In this document: positions 41,245 to 50,955 of the stretch, piece after piece
Layout of the letters: the number at the start of each line of letters is the position of its first letter
Position numbering within the stretch: position 1 is the first letter of the stretch
NCBI GenBank assembly: GCA_008080765.1
Contig: SHMU01000004.1
Location: forward strand, 1-54,311
Direction: 5' to 3'
Length of the DNA: 54,311 nucleotides
Origin: Promethearchaeota archaeon
GTDB lineage: Archaea; Asgardarchaeota; Lokiarchaeia; Sigyniarchaeales; SOKP01
The notes under the pieces: model-generated
What the model saw: the letters and a program-made list of their open reading frames with translations, nothing else
Database searches by the model: none
What the model was told of the DNA's origin: nothing
Position numbers and translations under genes: made by a program

Positions 41245-41318
41245 ATCACATTTTAGAGATGATCAGTGGTGATCATCAAAATACTATTAATGCAATATTG
41301 ATCAACATTATATTTAAG
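41245..41318 (-). promoter_or_regulatory. Operator-like palindrome and probable TATA upstream of CD36-like paralog 2
   Basis: GATGATCA-GTGG-TGATCATC at 41258-41277 with the same TGATC-N5-TGATC spacing; TTAAATATA on minus strand at ~41309-41317. Confidence 0.55.
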
Positions 41319-41497
41319 ACTATCTCAACAAACTTAAGTCCGATTGAAAAGAGATTTAGATAAAAAGAGAGGATTAATTACTCTATAGTGGTTTTATCAA
41401 ATGAATCTCAATCAAAAAGCATAAATATAGTAATGGAAAGAAATGGGTTTGCGTTTGAAATAACTCTTAGCTTACTTTACCAATTCTAGCTTTTCTA

Positions 41498-42364
41498 TTA
41501 ATCCATAACTACAATCTCTTCATTAATTGACGGAATGATGAGGTTAACTTTTGGAAAGTTTTTTTTCATTTTATCAAGAAACGGATCTAGATCTTCTAGG
41601 CGGGAGATGGGCGGAAAAAAGTTATCCCAATGTATTGGTATCACGGTTGAGGGGTTTAAATAGGAGACCATCTTGCAAACCTTCTTTGCCATGTGTTTTG
41701 GAGAGTTTCCTGCAAGAGGAGCAATGAAAAGATCTATATTCGCTAATTCTGTTAATTGGGTTTTTTCTTTATGATAAAGACTTCCATAACTTACGATCTT
41801 GCTTTGATTATAATTGGTACAAAAACCAAACACTTTCCCCATTGGAAGACCCTTTGCGAGGGGAAGTAAATTTTTAGCTTCATTCCAAAACTGTTTTGAG
41901 GTCAAGCGTGACCATATTGTATTAAAATCAAAATTGATATGTTTAGATTTCAGCACATCAACATAAATGTCATTAGTTATCTTAAGCTGATCACCCCACT
42001 CGATGGGAATTATATTTTTCTCACCCTTTTCAGTGAGGCAATAGGGTTCTGTTGTAAATTTCAAACTATAATTTTCAAAGTCTATGATTTCACCTGCACA
42101 CCATTTAATCATATTTTCTTTTCCGATTTTTGAAGTATACACCGGAATGTCATGATTTTCGGCAAACCATGCAGCATCGGTGATGTGATCAACATGTGCA
42201 TGGGTTATAAGTACCGCGCTAATATCGGTAAGCTGTTCCCGCTTGATTTCTAAAAGAGGAGAGGAATTTTCATTCCGAAAGAAGAATGGGTCAAAAAGGA
42301 CTCGTGTACCATCCAAATCTAATACATAGGCTGCTGTTCCCAACCATGTAAATTTAATAATCAT
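41498..42364 (-). CDS. MBL-fold metallo-hydrolase (UlaG-like)
   Basis: WLGTA, FDPFF, THAHVDH, IPIHWD. Confidence 0.88.
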   Translation of the reverse strand: MIIKFTWLGTAAYVLDLDGTRVLFDPFFFRNENSSPLLEIKREQLTDISAVLITHAHVDHITDAAWFAENHDIPVYTSKIGKENMIKWCAGEIIDFENYSLKFTTEPYCLTEKGEKNIIPIEWGDQLKITNDIYVDVLKSKHINFDFNTIWSRLTSKQFWNEAKNLLPLAKGLPMGKVFGFCTNYNQSKIVSYGSLYHKEKTQLTELANIDLFIAPLAGNSPKHMAKKVCKMVSYLNPSTVIPIHWDNFFPPISRLEDLDPFLDKMKKNFPKVNLIIPSINEEIVVMD

Positions 42365-42589
42365 TATCCCATCTAACTAATAACAAAAAGTACTAAAAAA
42401 TCTTTTGAATATTAAAGGTGCAATATGGTGGCGGAATTCCATGCCTTGTAAGAGAACACTTTGTAGGAAAATTGTTAATTAATGATTTTTGAGAAAAATT
42501 TTTAATAATTGCCATATTTTTCATATTAAATATTAAAGCTTAATTTTGAAGTTTACCCATTAAAAAATTAATAGAAAAGGTGAAAGCAT

Positions 42590-43216
42590 ATAGCGACTAA
42601 GAGACCATGGCATTGTTATTCGAAATGGGATAGTAGGCCATATCAGCATAAAAGGTCCGCCAATCATCGGAGGGAATATGCACGAGGTGGCGCCCAGAGC
42701 AAGATTAAACGGTTTTGGGGTGGAAATAAAAGTATTCCTTGGGAAGAATGGGATATTGTAGTAGGATTAAAGGTGGAAAAAAAAGTACAGATCTCTTCAA
42801 GCGCCATGGAAGCGTTAAGGGTTGCAATTAATAGTGTATTTCTAAAGAAAGTGGGGCGAAAAAATTATCGCCTGCGAATTAGACCACATTGCCATCATAA
42901 AATTAGAGAGAACCGCATGTTAGCATTTGCTGGAGCGGACAGAGTGCAATCCGGAATGAGAAATTCTTTTGGAAGAGCTACAACGGTCTGTGCACGTGTG
43001 AATGCGGGACAAGTTATCTGTGATTTGGGTATATCTATGAGAAACTTACCCTTAGCGAAGAAAAGGTTAGATGTTGCATCCAAGAAATTGCCCACTCCGT
43101 GCCAAAACGTACTTTTAAGGTATAAAAAACCAGAATATTTGAAGAGGGCGGGGTTACCTTTATATGATGCTGAAAAGCGTAAACCAATTCCATTATATAC
43201 GATAGAACTTGCATAG
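42590..43216 (+). CDS. rpl10e: 50S ribosomal protein uL16 (L10e)
   Basis: N-terminal ATKRPWHCY..RREY upstream of the track start; QISSSAMEALR, RENRMLAFAGADRVQSGMRNSFG, KKLP; start inferred at ATA 42590 after AGGTGA. Confidence 0.93.
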   Translation: MATKRPWHCYSKWDSRPYQHKRSANHRREYARGGAQSKIKRFWGGNKSIPWEEWDIVVGLKVEKKVQISSSAMEALRVAINSVFLKKVGRKNYRLRIRPHCHHKIRENRMLAFAGADRVQSGMRNSFGRATTVCARVNAGQVICDLGISMRNLPLAKKRLDVASKKLPTPCQNVLLRYKKPEYLKRAGLPLYDAEKRKPIPLYTIELA

Positions 43217-43293
43217 TGCAGCTTAGTACAAATTCTAATTATTGATAACTCTTTCTTTGAATCGTATCAAAAAAGGAAGAGGAATTTTGATTA

Positions 43294-44034
43294 TTATTCT
43301 TTAATACCAAATTTATTCTTTATTGAATCGGGCAATATCCATCCAAGATAAAACATAAACCCACTGAAAATAGAGACAATTCTTATAATTGGGAGTAATA
43401 TAATGTTCAAATTCAAGAGAGCATCCGCCATAGCACCAATAAAATAGGTAATAAATCCTATTAAGAGAAACTTGCCTTTTAATCTATTTCCCACATTCTC
43501 TGACTTAATTGATTTAGCTGCAAAAAGAATTCCTGTTATCATTATGATAAGTATAATTGCAATTAGATATAAGCCAAAAAAACTGGAATATTTCACATCG
43601 ACAGCGCTTGTCGTTTCTCCAATCAGTGTTGGGTCAATAAACAGAAACAAAATCAGAATTATTTCATAGATAGCAACAAAAACCCCATAAATAGATAAAA
43701 TACCTGTTTTGCGTTTTTCAAACATTAAATCCGTCATTGCAATCATCCATATGAAAGCAAGTGGGGGAACCCCAATATTTCCTATAAGGAAATAGAGAGG
43801 ATCGGGTATTGGCATTCCAGAGATTATTGTTGTGAGAAATGATATACAAGAGGGATACCATCCTTGATTTAAGCCAATCCAGCTGATGCCAATATAGAGA
43901 AAAATCTTATCATCATATTTGAAATATTTAGAGGCGATATAAGATCCTATTGATACAGAAAGAATGACGATTAATAAGCTAAAGATCCCATTTACTATTT
44001 CTTGTGTAGTCAAATAAGTAGTCAAAATACTCAC
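43294..44034 (-). CDS. Hypothetical 7-TM membrane protein
   Basis: Seven hydrophobic segments in 246 aa, no soluble domain. Confidence 0.75.
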   Translation of the reverse strand: MSILTTYLTTQEIVNGIFSLLIVILSVSIGSYIASKYFKYDDKIFLYIGISWIGLNQGWYPSCISFLTTIISGMPIPDPLYFLIGNIGVPPLAFIWMIAMTDLMFEKRKTGILSIYGVFVAIYEIILILFLFIDPTLIGETTSAVDVKYSSFFGLYLIAIILIIMITGILFAAKSIKSENVGNRLKGKFLLIGFITYFIGAMADALLNLNIILLPIIRIVSIFSGFMFYLGWILPDSIKNKFGIKE

Positions 44035-44190
44035 GAAAATAATTATTTTTAATATAATGAATAATAACTCCTATTTATAAATCTAAGTAGAGTACCAAAA
44101 AAAATATACAAATAAATATAATGATTGTTATATATTTCTATAAACCCTATAGAAGAAAAGTTAATAATAGGTATTAAGTATAGAAAATTT

Positions 44191-45105
44191 ATGTCAAAGG
44201 TTGGGTTTAATAATCATTCAATTTATATTCATACTGAGAAACCGGGGGAGTCCGTCAACGCCGTAAGGGTCACATTGCAATGTCCCGAATGCAAAAAAAT
44301 GAGGAGTATTTGGATTGCAAGGGAATTTTTTACAAACCAGGAGTTTTCTCGACTCTATCATATATTAATCCCAAGAAGTATAACGTGTGATCATATATAT
44401 ACTGCATTTTTAGATAAAAATGGAGATATTAGAGGATACCAGAAAACAGACTTAGAATTATCGATAGTAGAGAAGATATTCCCTAAACAGGAGATAATAA
44501 CGGAAAGCTTGATTCAGCAAAAGGGAACTTTTAATATTCTTATGGGAACTCTCAAAGAATTGATGTTCAAAACATTGAGAGCGATTTTAACTAATGTTGA
44601 TATTTATTGTATTTCTTCAAGTTTAAACAGTGAATATAAGAAATTTTTTGAGGATATCTTCTTAGATCGATTGAATAGTAAGATTATTATTATTTCTAAA
44701 GAAGTGTTCGATGATGAAGTTCGCCATGTATTAAAAAACATGGATAAGGTGTTTATTTTTAATGAAAATTTAGGAGTGGTGATGAAAGAACCCCCATATT
44801 TTCATAAATTCAATGAGGACTGCGTAGAAAAAGTAATCTTTAACACAGTAAATAGTGAAATGGTTGATAATTTTATTATTATCAAAACTCTCCAGAAAAA
44901 TTTGGAAATTCTATTTAGTTTAACCGATGAGCTATACCAGAGAATTGAGAAGAAGGAATATATTAGCAAAGGTCAAGTGAAAAAACTCTTAAAAAATTCG
45001 ACACTTAAACTAGCATATACCGATTCCTTTCGCAATATAATGAAAAATAGGTATAATATTGATCTTACTGAATTTTTTAGAGATAAAATCCTTGAAATAT
45101 TATAA
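44191..45105 (+). CDS. Hypothetical protein with N-terminal zinc-finger-like domain
   Basis: CPEC...CDHIYTAFLDKNGDIRGY; ATG at 44191 preferred over TTG 44125. Confidence 0.72.
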   Translation: MSKVGFNNHSIYIHTEKPGESVNAVRVTLQCPECKKMRSIWIAREFFTNQEFSRLYHILIPRSITCDHIYTAFLDKNGDIRGYQKTDLELSIVEKIFPKQEIITESLIQQKGTFNILMGTLKELMFKTLRAILTNVDIYCISSSLNSEYKKFFEDIFLDRLNSKIIIISKEVFDDEVRHVLKNMDKVFIFNENLGVVMKEPPYFHKFNEDCVEKVIFNTVNSEMVDNFIIIKTLQKNLEILFSLTDELYQRIEKKEYISKGQVKKLLKNSTLKLAYTDSFRNIMKNRYNIDLTEFFRDKILEIL

Positions 45106-45289
45106 AAGGTTTGCTTTTTCCTATTATTTATGATTTAAGCACAGATTTTTTCATTTCTTCTTCATAACACCTAAAAAAGCGATAGCTTGAAGAGGAATCA
45201 ATTCTAAAATAATAAAAAATAAATAAAATTAGGGGATTTATTATTTATAAGTAGTTCATTTTAAGTTGGAAATTATTCGTGGTAGGAAA

Positions 45290-46666
45290 GTGAAAAACCT
45301 CAAACCTTTTTTTAATCCAAGCTCTATTGTCATCGTGGGTGTATCTCGTGAAGAATTAACATTTAGTTATACTGTTTTAAAAAATTTATTAGAAATTTTT
45401 TATCGCGGTGATATCTTCATAGTAAATCCTAATGCTGAAGAGATTCTTGGCATAAAATCATATCACTTGCTTGAAGAGCTACCAATCGTTCCGGAGTTAG
45501 CCGTGATCGTGCTCGGAAAGCAAATAGAAAACATTTTTCAGCAACTCGCGGACTTTGGAATCAAGTATATTGTAATAGAATCAGAAATTAAGGTAGATTC
45601 CGAATATCAATTAGCTTCTCGAGATGCAAGTATGTCCATAATTGAGCATTTAAATGATATTTCTGAAAAATATGAGGTAATGTATATGGGTCCATCGATG
45701 ATCGGATGCATTAATTTTATTGATAACTTTACTACCTCCATTATCCCCGTTCGGCAACATATTATGAAGCAAAATAGAAATGTAAAATGGGGAGCAAGTT
45801 ATATAGCTCAGTCAGGAGGGCTTGCAGGAGGGCTAGGATGGTGGGCTCCTGGCCAAAATGTTCCCATTTCAAAAGTTGTTCATTTAGGGCATGGATTTAA
45901 TATCAAAGAATCAGATGTACTGCATTATTTTCGAGAAGACACAGAAACAAAAGTAATCTTACTTTTCTTACGAGAAATCTCTGACGATCTAATAAACTCA
46001 GTAAATGCATGTGCTCCTATTAAACCCGTCTTATTCTTTTACGTAGGTAAAAATAGTGAACGAGAAAAAAAACTTAAGGAAGTAGGGGGGCTTGGCGTTG
46101 AAAATTATATTGAACTTTTCGACTTTGCAAAAATCTTTCTTTGGTGTCCCGCACCTAAAGGTCCAAATCTTGGCATTATAGGACCTTCTTCGGGAGCCAT
46201 TCATATCATTGCAAAGGAGATGCGCAAGCAAGATCTTTCATTGGCAAAAATAGATAATAAGCACCGGAATATCATTTTAGATAAAGTAGGGGGGTCTACA
46301 TGCATTACCGGCAATCCCGTTGATTATTGGCCTCCTGATAAATTTATTGGTACTAAAATATGTGGGATTTATAATGTATCATCAAAAACTCTATTAAAGG
46401 ATAATTCCGTAAATGGACTAATCTTAGCGCTGGAATTTTTCATTGAGATTGAGTTTGATTTTAGCATCTTTAAAAATATTAAAGAATTACATCCAGACAA
46501 ACCTATAATTGCTACATTAATACAAGCGGAAAGCGAGGGGGCAAAGCGAGTAATAGAAACTGCAACAGAGTTAAAAATTCCTGTGTTTGAAAATGAAGTG
46601 GAGAGGGCTGTTCGGGGATATCGCCTCCTTTACGATTATTATTCTAAAATAGCGAAGAGAAAATAA
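45290..46666 (+). CDS. Acyl-CoA synthetase (ADP-forming) alpha-subunit-like CoA-binding protein lacking the phospho-His loop
   Basis: FFNPSSIVIVGVS, VNPN, QSGG, NPVD motifs; SHTG segment absent; GTG start at 45290. Confidence 0.82.
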   Translation: MKNLKPFFNPSSIVIVGVSREELTFSYTVLKNLLEIFYRGDIFIVNPNAEEILGIKSYHLLEELPIVPELAVIVLGKQIENIFQQLADFGIKYIVIESEIKVDSEYQLASRDASMSIIEHLNDISEKYEVMYMGPSMIGCINFIDNFTTSIIPVRQHIMKQNRNVKWGASYIAQSGGLAGGLGWWAPGQNVPISKVVHLGHGFNIKESDVLHYFREDTETKVILLFLREISDDLINSVNACAPIKPVLFFYVGKNSEREKKLKEVGGLGVENYIELFDFAKIFLWCPAPKGPNLGIIGPSSGAIHIIAKEMRKQDLSLAKIDNKHRNIILDKVGGSTCITGNPVDYWPPDKFIGTKICGIYNVSSKTLLKDNSVNGLILALEFFIEIEFDFSIFKNIKELHPDKPIIATLIQAESEGAKRVIETATELKIPVFENEVERAVRGYRLLYDYYSKIAKRK

Positions 46667-46831
46667 ATCTCTGAAATCTTCAAATTAATAGATAATTTGA
46701 TAAATATCATAAGAGAATTAAGAAAATAAAAGTATTTTAAAGCGAATAAAATAAAAATATTATAAAGCAAATAAATATAGATTTAATAGAACTATTTCAT
46801 ACAGTTCAGAAAAGAGTTGTTTTATTAAATT

Positions 46832-48139
46832 CTAAAAAATGTCCTTTAATTCATCAGGGATTTCTTGGTCTTTATCCATTAAGGAAAGAGCATAAACCTT
46901 TTCTCCGCAATCACATGGAACACCTTCGAACATATAAAACTTAAATTGTCCCTTCCAATTGGCTATAAAGATGGTTTTAATTTCTACCATTTCGCCACAT
47001 TTGCAATAGATAGCTTTTTCTGAACTATAATCAGAGAAAATTGATTTTATATCTTGAGTAGTCCTCTTGAATTCGCATTCATTTAGTACTTCATTTATTT
47101 TTTCAGCCAGATTTTCTTTTAAGGCGGGTACATAATTCTCGATTTTGCCGTCCTTTATCTCAGCATTTTCTAGTATTACAAAATTCTTTTCCACTTCTGA
47201 GACTGTATCTAATACCTCTTGCTGATTAATATACTGATGAGCGAGTTGGTCTGGAATGGGAAAAGGTTCTACACCTGCAGGATAGTCAAAGCGTACGGTA
47301 TGTATGATAGCACCCTTATTGACTTGTTGATTGAGCACTTTGATCGAATCATAATCATTGCTACTGAGGACAAATTTTATTAACTCTAAGGGAACTTTGA
47401 GATCAATAAGTCTAGATCGGACACTTCGCAGAGTATCATTCACAAATCCTTTCAGAATCATGATGTTTTCTCGATTCTGAGTGTAAATATCCATTTTATT
47501 TTCTTCTTTAAAATTATACCATTTTTTAGCGAGATAATTCCTGATAAGAGTAGGAACCATGCAGAACACGCATAATACAGGAAGTAAATAAAGAAAATCT
47601 ATATTAATACCAAAATAAGGTAAAAGCGTAAAGATAATAACGACTGCAAACATTGGTGCCGAGATAATTAAACTCCAATTGCGCATTTTTTTATTAATAG
47701 ACTTTTTAAAACCCTTTTGTGCGGCGATCTCTTCTGTATTTTCTCTAATCTGATCAATGGTTTGGCTGATCTGTTTTCCTGTAAATTGCTGCTTGATTAA
47801 TTTATCCTCTTCAATCTCCTCACCCAAACCTATTATTATTTGTTCAATTTGAGTTTTATATTTTTCAAGGTCTTTTTCTCGATAAATGAAATCAATTGGC
47901 TCTTCCGAGAAATAATCTAAAAAGCGGGCAATAAATAATTTCTGCTCGATGTTTTCTAAGGTACCCGGCTCTAATCCTAAGGTTTCTTGTAAAATCTGTG
48001 CTTGTGATTTTTTTTCAGGTTTTTTAGATTTCTTTTTATCTTCTTTTTCTGACGCTATGTCTTCTTTTGATTTAAGTTGTTCTTCAGCTTCTCTCTTATT
48101 ATCGTTATTGTTCATTTTATTGTGTTTTTTTCTGATCAA
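46832..48139 (-). CDS. Hypothetical protein with 2 TM helices and C-terminal Cys pairs
   Basis: Hydrophobic hairpin at about aa 155-200; CKCG...CDCG. Confidence 0.72.
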   Translation of the reverse strand: MIRKKHNKMNNNDNKREAEEQLKSKEDIASEKEDKKKSKKPEKKSQAQILQETLGLEPGTLENIEQKLFIARFLDYFSEEPIDFIYREKDLEKYKTQIEQIIIGLGEEIEEDKLIKQQFTGKQISQTIDQIRENTEEIAAQKGFKKSINKKMRNWSLIISAPMFAVVIIFTLLPYFGINIDFLYLLPVLCVFCMVPTLIRNYLAKKWYNFKEENKMDIYTQNRENIMILKGFVNDTLRSVRSRLIDLKVPLELIKFVLSSNDYDSIKVLNQQVNKGAIIHTVRFDYPAGVEPFPIPDQLAHQYINQQEVLDTVSEVEKNFVILENAEIKDGKIENYVPALKENLAEKINEVLNECEFKRTTQDIKSIFSDYSSEKAIYCKCGEMVEIKTIFIANWKGQFKFYMFEGVPCDCGEKVYALSLMDKDQEIPDELKDIF

Positions 48140-48350
48140 AATTTTATTTAATTATGTAATATAGCTTCTTGTTTTTAATTAACTTTATTTTTATAGTTCT
48201 CCATAAACTACGTTTCGTAGTGATTATTTTGGAATCTATATTTAAAATCGTTAAAATTTTTTAAGAATTGAAGGTTTGCTGTTACAACAATCTTTTAAAA
48301 TTAATTCATTATACATTGAAAAGCTAATTAGTAGTAATGAGTGATCTAAG

Positions 48351-49811
48351 GTGTGGTTTCATTCAAAAGAAAAGGAAAATGTGGATTTAGCTAGAAAATA
48401 TGAGGTGCTTTGTGGTATAGAAGAGGAGTTTCTTATTCTTGATAGAGATGGCACTCTTATTGAGGCGGCAGATAATTTAATGGTGAAGGCGGCACAATTG
48501 CTCGAAGATAATAGTGATTTGCTTGACTCATTGCGTTTACGGATCCGGTCCTTGGATGCAGAGCCTAATCCCGCCCAAATTGAATATGTTACACTCCCTC
48601 TAAAACCTTCTCAGTTAGAAGATGCGGTAAAAGCGGGAAGAAAATTATTAATTGATGCTGGTAAGAAATTAGATGTAAAAATATTTACACAAAGTCTTCA
48701 TCCCGTTCAATCGGATCCCCATCCTATTGTAGGCACCCATATTAATGTGTCTGTTCAGAAAAAAGAAAATTTAATGAAGTCTGAAGAATTAAAAGCGGTA
48801 CATAATTATCTGTGGAATATGTTGCCCGAGATCATCTCTCTTTCTGCCAATTCTCCCATCTACCAAGGAAAAAAAAATAATATTGCGACAAACAGATGTG
48901 CAAATAGCACAGTTCTGAAACCCAATGGATTTGCTCAAATTCAAATACCCGAAGAAAAACCTGCCTTAGTTCCTATGCAATATTACGGCAGAATGCGATA
49001 TCAGCTAAAAATAGGGTCTGGAGAGGATGAATTTTCCAAAAAGGTTATTACAAACAAGAGAGGAGAAAGACTAGTGGACTTGACCCCAAGAGGTCCCTTT
49101 ACTAATATCCAAGATGATAAAGACGAATCACCATCCAGAAATCGTGTTGAGATTAGAGTGATTGATGTACAGCATCATTTGGAAGATATATTAGATATTG
49201 CTTATTTGTGTTGTTATTCCGGATTACATGCAATAGATTTAGCAAATTCGGGTAAAATGAGAAGGGATCCGCACCATAAAGAAAATCTTGATAAAGCGAT
49301 TAGTAAAGGTGCCAATGCAAGCTTCAAAAGAGAAAATGGAGAATACATTACATTTCGAGACAGCTTAAGGCAATGGATTCAAGAAACCTCACAATATGGA
49401 GAGATATTAGGGGTCAAAATTAAAAATCTGCCGGACACCAAATTTGAAAGAAAATCCATTCAAGAAGAACTTGGAGTTGAATTTCAAACCAGAAAAATTG
49501 AAAAAATACGACAGCAAGGAAATGTATATGCGACGGTAATCTTAAATGAATCTCGTATAGTAGAAAATGATCAAGGTGAAAAATATAAAGTCACAGCTGG
49601 GCGTCCAATTCAAGGAGAATTAGCAGTTAAATACAATCTTGATTACGAGGAAGAAGATGAGTTGGTAAAATCTTTTAGAAATATTAAAATCACTAATATG
49701 CTGAACGTTCAAGGATTAAGCATCCCATTAAAGCTGGGAGATCGTGTACAGAGTGTACAATCTCGTCAGGAAAGCCTACTTGAGAGGCTATTAGGGGGTT
49801 TTGGATTTTAG
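48351..49811 (+). CDS. Glutamate--cysteine ligase family 2 (GCS2/YbdK-like) carboxylate-amine ligase with C-terminal extension
   Basis: GIEEEF, QIEY, GTHINVS, LSANSPIYQG, RVEIRVID. Confidence 0.83.
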   Translation: MWFHSKEKENVDLARKYEVLCGIEEEFLILDRDGTLIEAADNLMVKAAQLLEDNSDLLDSLRLRIRSLDAEPNPAQIEYVTLPLKPSQLEDAVKAGRKLLIDAGKKLDVKIFTQSLHPVQSDPHPIVGTHINVSVQKKENLMKSEELKAVHNYLWNMLPEIISLSANSPIYQGKKNNIATNRCANSTVLKPNGFAQIQIPEEKPALVPMQYYGRMRYQLKIGSGEDEFSKKVITNKRGERLVDLTPRGPFTNIQDDKDESPSRNRVEIRVIDVQHHLEDILDIAYLCCYSGLHAIDLANSGKMRRDPHHKENLDKAISKGANASFKRENGEYITFRDSLRQWIQETSQYGEILGVKIKNLPDTKFERKSIQEELGVEFQTRKIEKIRQQGNVYATVILNESRIVENDQGEKYKVTAGRPIQGELAVKYNLDYEEEDELVKSFRNIKITNMLNVQGLSIPLKLGDRVQSVQSRQESLLERLLGGFGF

Positions 49812-49935
49812 AATAAGTAAAAATAATTCATTTATAATCTATAATCCTTAAAATTTATTATTTAGCATCATTACTCTCTGTTAAATGAGAAAAAGGGTTT
49901 TTTGATAACATCAATTATAAAATATATCAAAACAT

Positions 49936-50733
49936 TTGTATAATGACAAATTGATAATAATGCCTCTTTTCAAAACGAAAATTTTTTCTAGCATACGACG
50001 AGCTTTTAATAAATTGAAAATTAAAATACGATTAGCCTTTAAAAAGACTCATATTATTTATATTATCAATAATTATCCTTCAAAAGCTAAATCGGAACGA
50101 ATAATTAGATTAGAAAATATTATTCGGATTAATTTTCCGGAAATTAAAGTTAAAACGATTCATTTCTCGGAAATTAACTATTATAATCTCCACAAAAGTA
50201 AGGGGTTGATTTTAACAGGGTCTAGTCTTAATGTATCTTCTTTTTATAAAAACAGGGAAATGGAGCACTTATTTAGGAATGAAATTCGGCTAATAAAAGA
50301 AACCTATAAAAATCCCATCCTAGCAATTTGCTTTGGACACCAATTAGCTGCTCATGCATTCAATTCAAAAGTAAAAAGAATGGCATATAGAGTAGTAAGT
50401 AATGATATTATTTCGTTAGATGTAAGGTTTCCCGATAAACTCATTCCTCATAGCACTGTTTTGGTCAATCTCAATCATAAAGATTATGTAGATCCCTATG
50501 ATTTCGAGCTACGAAAACATTTTCGAATCATTGGGACATTGTCATTAGATGTATATGATACAGTTCAATACATGCGGCATAAAAGAAAACCTATTTTTGC
50601 AGTACAATTTCATCCCGAAAACCACATCGGCAATTATCACTATCCTCCTCATATCAGTGATGAAGTAATTGATAAAGCAAAATTGGATGGAGAAAAAATT
50701 ATCAATGGTTTTGTTAGATTATGTATCATATAA
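49936..50733 (+). CDS. Class I glutamine amidotransferase / gamma-glutamyl hydrolase-like protein
   Basis: LILTGS, ICFGHQ, QFHPE triad; ATG alternative at 49960. Confidence 0.87.
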   Translation: MYNDKLIIMPLFKTKIFSSIRRAFNKLKIKIRLAFKKTHIIYIINNYPSKAKSERIIRLENIIRINFPEIKVKTIHFSEINYYNLHKSKGLILTGSSLNVSSFYKNREMEHLFRNEIRLIKETYKNPILAICFGHQLAAHAFNSKVKRMAYRVVSNDIISLDVRFPDKLIPHSTVLVNLNHKDYVDPYDFELRKHFRIIGTLSLDVYDTVQYMRHKRKPIFAVQFHPENHIGNYHYPPHISDEVIDKAKLDGEKIINGFVRLCII

Positions 50734-50955
50734 TTAGAATAGGTATAGAACCTCTATTTTTTCCATCTTAGAATTATGGGGTAGTGATGTTTATAAGCAT
50801 CTCATAAAGGATAACCATAACTGCCAAATAAGATTTAATTCTTATGTCAAATATATCAATATAATACCATAATTTTAAATATGAAATTAGTTCAATTTTT
50901 TCTTAATCATTTACTTATCTCATTTGCTCAATAAGAGATTTATAGGAGTTGGATA

